41,164 nucleotides of DNA from Candidatus Omnitrophota bacterium. Its GTDB lineage: Bacteria; Ratteibacteria; UBA8468; MWAK01. The position numbers and the translations under genes were made by a program. This document shows positions 34,920 through 41,164 of the stretch, in pieces; position 1 is the first letter of the stretch, and every line of letters begins with the position of its first letter. The stretch covers positions 1 through 41,164 of the forward strand of contig JAZDPL010000007.1 of the NCBI GenBank assembly GCA_043797665.1, in the 5' to 3' direction. The notes beneath the pieces are model-generated. The model made no database searches and was not told the origin of the DNA. It saw only the letters and a program-made list of their open reading frames with translations.

Positions 34920-35060
34920 CAGTCACCTCCACTTCGCTACTTAAGAATCGCGTTAAGTACCACTTCTTTAAGTGTTGGGCACCCCGAAATTGAAGAATTT
35001 TGAAAAACAGATAATCACAAATTGGTCACACCCTTCGGTGGGGTTTTTGTTAGAATTGTT

Positions 35061-35402
35061 CTAAGACTCATTCAAGATTTGTTGTAGTTGTTTCTTGAAC
35101 TTAGGGAGTTCCCGCTTAATAATTTCCCACACAATGGCTAAACTTATTCCGAAATATTCATGAGCAATTCTGTTTCTGAACCCGGCAATCCCTTTCCAAT
35201 CCACATCTTGAAATTTACTCTTCAAATCGTCCGGAATATACTTTGATGCCTCACCAATTATCTCGAAATTTCTCACTACCGCATCTATTGTCTTTCTGTC
35301 ATTGCTAAAATCTTCAAAAGGCATATTCTCAATGTATCCTTCTATCAACCCGATGGATTCTAAAATGTCTTCCAGAAACAACTTCCATTCTCTTTTAGAC
35401 AT
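35061..35402 (-). CDS. HepT/DUF86 HEPN RNase toxin
   Basis: DAVVRNFEIIGEA and the RNRIAHEY (RX4HXY) motif. Confidence 0.9.
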   Translation of the reverse strand: MSKREWKLFLEDILESIGLIEGYIENMPFEDFSNDRKTIDAVVRNFEIIGEASKYIPDDLKSKFQDVDWKGIAGFRNRIAHEYFGISLAIVWEIIKRELPKFKKQLQQILNES

Positions 35403-35691
35403 AAACCAAATCTTCCATTATATACCTGCGCCGATTGGGTTTAATTCCATCGGGGGTCAACAAATCAACTTTAACCCCTAAAATTTCTTCTAAAAAATCT
35501 GCCAGGTGGATAAAAAGCAAGCCAACAGGTTCTTTGAATTCTACTAACATGTCAACATCGCTAATTTCACTTTGCTGGTCTCTCACATATGAACCAAAAA
35601 CAGCCAGGTTTTTCACCTTAAATCTTTCTTCTAATTCACCTTTATGTTCTTCGATGGTTCTTTTTATTTCGTCAAACTTTTTCATAGCCAT
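35395..35691 (-). CDS. MntA-like minimal nucleotidyltransferase antitoxin
   Basis: FGSYVR......SDVD (GSX10DXD), LG.KVDL; overlaps the hepT start. Confidence 0.9.
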   Translation of the reverse strand: MAMKKFDEIKRTIEEHKGELEERFKVKNLAVFGSYVRDQQSEISDVDMLVEFKEPVGLLFIHLADFLEEILGVKVDLLTPDGIKPNRRRYIMEDLVYV

Positions 35692-35843
35692 ATCGATATT
35701 TTATGACAAAGCATCCCTTTTTACTTCAATTGATGTTATCACAACTCCAGGCATTTCTGCAACCCTTAATCATGGATAAATCATTTTGAAAAGGAGATGG
35801 TCACAATTTAGTCACAAAATGAAGTCTCGAACGAGAAAGACAG

Positions 35844-35916
35844 AGCCACCTCGCGGATTTGAACCGCGGACCTGAGCATTACGAATGCCCTGCTCTACCA
35901 GCTGAGCTAAGGTGGC
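35844..35916 (-). tRNA. tRNA-Thr(CGT), CCA not encoded
   Basis: GCCACCT TAGCTCAGCTGGTAGAGC A GGGCA TTCGTAA TGCTC AGGTC CGCGG TTCAAAT CCGCG AGGTGGC T forms a complete cloverleaf. Confidence 0.96.
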
Positions 35917-35955
35917 GTTACTTATACATTTTACCATAAAATTAAAGGAGATAAT

Positions 35956-35997
35956 ACCCCGTCTGCTAACGCAGACACCCCTTTTACAAAAGGGGAA
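35956..35997. repeat. ACCCCGTC..GACACCCCTTT..AAAGGGG-type palindromic element
   Basis: GTCTGC-TAAC-GCAGAC and CCCCTTTT-AC-AAAAGGGG hairpins upstream of the tRNA. Confidence 0.6.
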
Positions 35998-36039
35998 TGA
36001 AATGACAAACTAATTGCGGATGGAGGGTGGAGGGAAAGT

Positions 36040-36414
36040 TTATGGGGATGAATCTTCTGGTGGTGGAGGTTCCGGCTCGAGCTGTACGTGGAAGTGATGC
36101 AGGAACCGATGAATGATCGGGGCGAATATCACTCCAATAATGACCAGAAACATCAAGCCGGAAAAAAGCGCATATAATGCAGCAAATAACTTGCCCGCCG
36201 TCGTATGTAATTCACTGACCGGTCCCATACCGCCGAGAATCATAGCTGCATTAACGAGAGAATCTATCCAGGAGAAGTTTTCGAGGGTATGATAACCCAG
36301 GACACCTATTGCCAGAGAACAAAATACAATTGCGAAAGCAATGCCCGCATAGCGAGCTAACCGTCGCAGAAACGCGGATTGTGGAAGTAAAGGTTGTTTA
36401 TGATGTTCAAACAT
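36040..36414 (-). CDS. Small two-TM membrane protein, K+-channel pore-like fold without the GYG signature
   Basis: TM-GYHTLE.FSWIDS..NAAMILGGMGP-..T.AGKLFA.LYALFSG-TM. Confidence 0.75.
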   Translation of the reverse strand: MFEHHKQPLLPQSAFLRRLARYAGIAFAIVFCSLAIGVLGYHTLENFSWIDSLVNAAMILGGMGPVSELHTTAGKLFAALYALFSGLMFLVIIGVIFAPIIHRFLHHFHVQLEPEPPPPEDSSP

Positions 36415-36466
36415 CTTCTAAATATTATCACCTTGCTGAGGGGCAAGTCAAAATTGTGTGGTGGAT

Positions 36467-36495
36467 TTGACAGAAAACAAGAGCTGTAGTATACT
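36467..36495 (+). promoter_or_regulatory. Sigma70 promoter for the AbrB-TolC-MacAB operon
   Basis: TTGACA (36467-36472), 17-nt spacer, TATACT (36490-36495). Confidence 0.75.
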
Positions 36496-36550
36496 TTATA
36501 TGAAAATACATATTTATCATACCAAACATATGGGGAAGAGGAAGGTTGAT

Positions 36551-36811
36551 ATGAAAGGGTTTCCTAAAATTTTCGGTATAGTGACGGTGGGTGAACGGGG
36601 GCAGGTTGTGATTCCTTCTGAAGTCAGGAAATTGCTTAAAATCAAATCCGGGGACAAACTGATAGTTCTCTCCGGTCATCCGGGGGAAAGAAAAAAGGTA
36701 AGTCTCATACCGGCTGACGATTTTTCCCAGTTCCTGGGCCGGATGGAGCAGCATATTTTTTCGCTCAAGGAAAAATTTACGGAAAAAACGGGAGGAAAAG
36801 ATGTCCCGTAA
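36551..36811 (+). CDS. AbrB/MazE/SpoVT-family DNA-binding protein
   Basis: VTVGERGQVVIPSEVRKLLKIKSGDKLIV. Confidence 0.9.
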   Translation: MKGFPKIFGIVTVGERGQVVIPSEVRKLLKIKSGDKLIVLSGHPGERKKVSLIPADDFSQFLGRMEQHIFSLKEKFTEKTGGKDVP

Positions 36812-38072
36812 AACAACCGGGCTCTTTCTTTTTGCGGCCTTATTAATTCAGGCTAAAATGGTAATGGCTGACCCGATCCAGGCGGGCGAACATCTTACTT
36901 TGGAAAAATGCCTGGATATTGCCCGGAAAACTAATCCGACAATTCTTATTACCGACCAGGCGATAAAGGTGTCCGAAAGCCAGGTCGGTCAGGCAAGAGC
37001 AGGGTATTATCCGCAGCTGAACGGTTCTACCGGGTACAGCCGTAGTGGAACCGATTCCACAGCTGGAACTTTAGATAACTACACCGCCGGTGTCAGCCTC
37101 ACGCAGAATATTTATGACTTCGGCAAGACTTCAAACTGGGTTAATACGGAAAAATTCAATCTTAATGCGGTAATTTTTGACCGGGATGATACGTCCAGAC
37201 AGGTTGTTTTTGCGGTCAAAGAAGCGTATTTTCAGGTTATCCAGACAGATAAAGCGCGCGAGGTTGCCAAAGAAGCCGTAAAACAGTTCCAGCAGCATCT
37301 GGAACAGGCACAGGCGTTTTACCAGGCAGGCACCCATCCGAAATTCGACGTGACCAAAGCCGAGGTCGACCTGAGCAATGCCAGATTGGACCTGATAAAA
37401 GCGGAAAACGCCTATCGACTGGCTCTGGTAAACCTCAATACAGCGATGGGAGTTCCGGACGCACCGGAATATTCGCTCGAGGATAATATTTCGTCTCCGC
37501 AGGGGAACGATATAACTTTGGAAAAAGTACTGGAAACGGCTTACCAGAACCGGCCGGATTTAAAAGCCGCTGCTGAACGTCGGAAATCGGCCGGTGTGGC
37601 AGTCGCTCTTGCCGTCAAGGGATATTTTCCGACATTATCCGGAAGTGCCGGTTATAACTGGTCCGGCGAAGATTTTCCGTTGCAAGACGAGTGGAATGCC
37701 GGGGTTGCCATTTCCTTCCCTATTTTTGATGGGTTGTCAACCCATTACAAAATAAATGAAGCTAAATCTAACCTAAAAACTGCGGAAGCCCGTGAGGAAG
37801 TGGTGAAACAACAGGCATTTCTGGAAATAAAGCAAGCATATCTAAATTTCCAGGAGGCAAAAGAATCGCTTCCGGTGGCGGAGATGGCTGTCAAACAGGC
37901 AGAAGAGAATCTGGAATTGGCGAACGGCCGGTACAAGGTCGGGGTAGGCAGTCCGACCGAAGTGACGGATGCCCAGGTTGCGTACAGTCAGGCCCGTTAT
38001 GCCCATATTCAGGCACTTTACGGATACCAGATTACCTGGGCCAGCATCGAAAATGCGGTGGGGGTCAAATGA
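36801..38072 (+). CDS. TolC-family outer membrane efflux protein
   Basis: Signal peptide; LTLE.C...A...NP, ARAGYYP, RPDL, P.FDG, RY.VG repeats. Confidence 0.92.
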   Translation: MSRKTTGLFLFAALLIQAKMVMADPIQAGEHLTLEKCLDIARKTNPTILITDQAIKVSESQVGQARAGYYPQLNGSTGYSRSGTDSTAGTLDNYTAGVSLTQNIYDFGKTSNWVNTEKFNLNAVIFDRDDTSRQVVFAVKEAYFQVIQTDKAREVAKEAVKQFQQHLEQAQAFYQAGTHPKFDVTKAEVDLSNARLDLIKAENAYRLALVNLNTAMGVPDAPEYSLEDNISSPQGNDITLEKVLETAYQNRPDLKAAAERRKSAGVAVALAVKGYFPTLSGSAGYNWSGEDFPLQDEWNAGVAISFPIFDGLSTHYKINEAKSNLKTAEAREEVVKQQAFLEIKQAYLNFQEAKESLPVAEMAVKQAEENLELANGRYKVGVGSPTEVTDAQVAYSQARYAHIQALYGYQITWASIENAVGVK

Positions 38073-39244
38073 GGAAAAAGATTTTTATCGTCGGCTTTTT
38101 TTTATTGGTGCTGTTTCTAATCGGGCTCTTCATTAAATTTTTGAAAGGAAAAAATTCCGTACCGCAGTTTCGGACTGAAACTGTGACCAGAGGTGATATT
38201 ACTTCAACGGTGACCGCTACCGGGACGATAAATCCGGTCACTACCGTTCTGATAGGCACGCAGGTTTCAGGTACGATAAAGAAGATATTTGTCGATTACA
38301 ACTCACTGGTAAAGAAAGGGCAGCTTATCGCCCAGATAGACCCGACACCGCTTGAGGCCCAGGTAGCTCAGTCCCGTGCTAACCTTCTTGTCGCCAATGC
38401 CAATGTAGCCAAAGCAGAAGCGTCTCTGTTGGACGCCGAGAGAATCCTGGCCCGAAACCGGGAACTCTTTTCCAAAAACTTCATTGCCCGCAGCGATCTC
38501 GATACCTCCGAAACGAATTACGAAACCGCCAAAGCTCTCTTGAATGTGGCTAAAGCTCAGGTTGACCAGACAAAGGCATCTTTGGAGTATACCGAAACTA
38601 ATTTAGGATATACCCGGATAGTCTCTCCGGTGGATGGAGTTGTTATTGCCCGTAATGTCGATGTCGGGCAGACGGTTGCGGCCAGTTTTCAGACCCCGAC
38701 CCTCTTTAGTATTGCCCAAAATCTCGCGAAGATGCAGATTGACACCAGTGTTGATGAATCGGATATCGGGCAGATTAAGGTCGGGCAGGCGGTAGAGTTT
38801 ACCACGGATGCTTATCCGGACGTTACCTTCCCCGGCAAAGTCCGGCAGGTCAGAAATGCACCAATTACCGTTCAGAATGTAGTAACCTATGATGTAGTTG
38901 TCGGTATAGACAACTCCGAAATGAAGCTGAAACCAGGTATGACCGCCAACGTTTCGATTATCGTTTTAACCCAGGAGGATGTGTTGCGTATCCCCTATGC
39001 CAGTTTACGATTTGTACCGTCCGACAAAGCGGCGGAAGCGAAAAAAGTGAAAGGCAATAAGGTCTGGGTTCTCGAAAAAGGCACTCCCAAAATGGTGATG
39101 GTCGTGACCGGCCAGACCGATGGTAAATACACGGAAGTCGTCTCCGGCCAGATTCAGGAAGGTCAGAAAATAATCGTTGAGTCTTTGGCCAAAAAGAGTA
39201 AACAGCCGCCGGTTCAAGGTCCATCGAGAGGCATATGGCACTGA
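38069..39244 (+). CDS. MacA-like periplasmic adaptor (efflux RND MFP)
   Basis: TATGTINP, GTQVSG, I.SPVDGVV, GQTVAASFQTPTLF, LKPGMTANV. Confidence 0.93.
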   Translation: MRKKIFIVGFFLLVLFLIGLFIKFLKGKNSVPQFRTETVTRGDITSTVTATGTINPVTTVLIGTQVSGTIKKIFVDYNSLVKKGQLIAQIDPTPLEAQVAQSRANLLVANANVAKAEASLLDAERILARNRELFSKNFIARSDLDTSETNYETAKALLNVAKAQVDQTKASLEYTETNLGYTRIVSPVDGVVIARNVDVGQTVAASFQTPTLFSIAQNLAKMQIDTSVDESDIGQIKVGQAVEFTTDAYPDVTFPGKVRQVRNAPITVQNVVTYDVVVGIDNSEMKLKPGMTANVSIIVLTQEDVLRIPYASLRFVPSDKAAEAKKVKGNKVWVLEKGTPKMVMVVTGQTDGKYTEVVSGQIQEGQKIIVESLAKKSKQPPVQGPSRGIWH

Positions 39245-39930
39245 TTGAAGTGACAGAGTTGAAAAAGGTTTACCACATGGGTGACGTAGATTTCCCTGCT
39301 TTGGACGGTGTTTCGGTGGCGATCGAAAAAGGGGCATTCGTTGCCATTATGGGACACTCCGGTTCCGGGAAGTCAACTTTTATGAGTATCCTCGGTTGTC
39401 TTGACCGGCCCACTTCCGGCCGCTATTTTTTGGACGGTAAAGATGTCGGCAGCCTTGACCGGGATTCCCTGGCGAATATCAGAAACGAAAAAATAGGTTT
39501 CGTTTTTCAGGGGTTCAACCTTTTATCCCGGACTTCGGCGCTGGAGAATGTTGAGCTACCGATGCTGTATGATGGGGTCCCGGCAAGGGAAAGAAAGAAC
39601 CGAGCACTGACAGCGCTGAAATCTGTCGGACTGGAAGGCAGGGCGAAGCATAATCCCAACCAGCTTTCCGGCGGCGAACAGCAGCGTGTTGCGATTGCCC
39701 GGGCAATCGTCAACGGTGCCTCTATTATTCTGGCTGACGAACCGACCGGTAATCTGGATACCAGGACCAGTAGCGAAATAATGAAATTGTTTGTGATTCT
39801 GAATCAGTCTTCCGGAATTACGATCGTTCTGGTAACCCACGAATCGGATATCGCGGGTTACAGCCGCCGGATAATCAGGTTTCTGGACGGCCGCATCGTT
39901 TCCGATGAGGTTAACAAGGGTAAAACATGA
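39235..39930 (+). CDS. ABC transporter ATP-binding protein (LolD/MacB-type)
   Basis: [37 protein letters not shown]. Confidence 0.95.
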   Translation: MALIEVTELKKVYHMGDVDFPALDGVSVAIEKGAFVAIMGHSGSGKSTFMSILGCLDRPTSGRYFLDGKDVGSLDRDSLANIRNEKIGFVFQGFNLLSRTSALENVELPMLYDGVPARERKNRALTALKSVGLEGRAKHNPNQLSGGEQQRVAIARAIVNGASIILADEPTGNLDTRTSSEIMKLFVILNQSSGITIVLVTHESDIAGYSRRIIRFLDGRIVSDEVNKGKT

Positions 39931-41156
39931 TTGACATACCTTCGACCATCAAGATTTCTTTGCGGGCTTTACGGATGAATAAGATTCGGTCAGGGCTGAC
40001 GATGCTGGGAATCGTAATTGGGGTCGGCGCGGTGATAGCGATGCTGGCTGTCGGAACCGGCGCCCGGCAAAAGATCGAAGCACAGGTTGCAAGTATGGGC
40101 AGTAATATGTTGCTTGTCCATCCGGGCTCACGGTCGGGGCAAGGCATCAGGCTGGGTGCCGGTACCCAGCAGACGCTCACCAGGGATGATGCGGAAGCCA
40201 TCAAGCAGGAATGTCCGGCCGTAGTAGAAGCGGCTCCGGAGGTCTCAGGAGGGGCTCAGGTGGTCAGCGGTAACCAGAATTGGGCGACAAGAATTATAGG
40301 TACCACTCCGGGGCTGCTTACCATTAGAGATTGGTCTGTGAGCGACGGGCAGAACTTTACGGAACAGGATGTCAAGAGTGCCACAAAAGTCTGTCTTCTG
40401 GGTGCAACGGTGGTGGAAAATCTTTTCGGCGGTCAGGACCCGCTGGGCAGGATTGTCCGGATTAAAAAGATTCCTTTTAAGGTGGTAGGCATTTTAGAGG
40501 AAAAGGGTCAGTCTATGATCGGACAGGACCAGGACGATACGATTTTTGTTCCGGTAACTACCGCCAGGAAAAAACTTTTCGGGTCCAGTTTCCCCGGCTC
40601 GGTCAATATGATTCTTGTCAAAGGAACCAGTGCCAAAGATCTTGAGTCCGCGGAAAGAGAAATAACCGATTTGCTTAATCAGCGGCACCATATCGGTCCC
40701 AGAGAGGATAGTGATTTTACGGTCAGGAATCTGACCCAGATGATGCAGGCGGCCGAACAATCGAGCAAAACGATGACCCTGCTCCTTGCCGCCATCGCCT
40801 CAATTTCACTCCTGGTCGGAGGCATCGGCATTATGAATATCATGCTCGTTTCGGTTACCGAAAGAACCAGGGAGATCGGCATCAGGATGGCGGTCGGCGC
40901 TAAAAATATGGATATCAGATTACAGTTTTTAATTGAGGCGCTGGTACTTTCTTTAATCGGCGGAATCATCGGGATTATCCTGGGAGTTATTGGCGCAAAA
41001 ATTGTTTCTGCTGTTGCCGGCTGGCCGTCAATTATCTCTCCGGCATCGATAATGTTGTCTGTCGGTTTTGCCGGTATGGTGGGAATTTTTTTCGGGTTTT
41101 ACCCGGCTTATAAGGCATCGCTGCTCAATCCCATTGAAGCGTTAAGATACGAATAA
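39927..41156 (+). CDS. MacB-type ABC permease
   Basis: RSGLTMLGIVIGV, GGIGIMNIMLVSVTERTREIGIRMAVGA, FFGFYPA.KA..LNPIEALRYE. Confidence 0.95.
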   Translation: MIDIPSTIKISLRALRMNKIRSGLTMLGIVIGVGAVIAMLAVGTGARQKIEAQVASMGSNMLLVHPGSRSGQGIRLGAGTQQTLTRDDAEAIKQECPAVVEAAPEVSGGAQVVSGNQNWATRIIGTTPGLLTIRDWSVSDGQNFTEQDVKSATKVCLLGATVVENLFGGQDPLGRIVRIKKIPFKVVGILEEKGQSMIGQDQDDTIFVPVTTARKKLFGSSFPGSVNMILVKGTSAKDLESAEREITDLLNQRHHIGPREDSDFTVRNLTQMMQAAEQSSKTMTLLLAAIASISLLVGGIGIMNIMLVSVTERTREIGIRMAVGAKNMDIRLQFLIEALVLSLIGGIIGIILGVIGAKIVSAVAGWPSIISPASIMLSVGFAGMVGIFFGFYPAYKASLLNPIEALRYE

Positions 41157-41164
41157 CCGGCAAG

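Noticed and set aside
33243..35843. Classical integron cassette array
   Set aside because: No intI and no attC-like RYYYAAC..GTTRRRY hairpins recognised; boundaries are tRNA copies and GTCACA repeats instead.
36458..36550. N-terminal extension of the AbrB ORF
   Set aside because: It overlaps a near-consensus promoter; the domain begins after ATG 36551 (36530 also possible).
191..40969. Numerous short alternative-frame and antisense ORFs (e.g. 2029-2604, 16005-16610, 25439-26053, 27360-27557, 35435-35779)
   Set aside because: They fully overlap well-supported genes and show no recognisable motifs; the Cys-rich 27360-27557 ORF is just the antisense of the pilO repeat.

Overview
Bacterial chromosomal segment; the pilin style suggests an uncultured PVC-type lineage, but this is not verifiable here. 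In order it holds: (1) a large GC-rich hypothetical protein, a non-pyrrolysine MttB-family methyltransferase, a GNAT and a sugar epimerase; (2) a minus-strand operon of a membrane SpeE-fold protein, a DsbD_2/TauE-like protein, amrS and an amrB-amrA fusion (AmmeMemoRadiSam), with apparent signal peptides; (3) a Wzx-like flippase; (4) a type IV pilus locus with two tandem PilV/W/X-like minor pilin sets, a stand-alone MshEN protein, two PilB ATPases, pilC, pilA and a convergent pilMNOPQ, where PilO carries LysM and tandem repeats; (5) a reductase/CoA-transferase/thiolase operon; (6) tRNA-Thr(CGT) with two downstream copies of its 3' end bounding integrase-less islets (MNT-HepT, GGDEF, HicBA) punctuated by a GTCACA-N5-GTCACA motif; (7) AbrB + TolC/MacAB-type ABC exporter. 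The most striking signal is a dense set of short palindromic repeats from several families: GTAG-REP doublets, TGTCATT elements, a 27-nt CYTG-hairpin unit and a TIR-bounded MITE. These are nested in each other and repeatedly sit in-frame inside protein-coding genes. All family assignments come from motifs read by eye; no searches were run.
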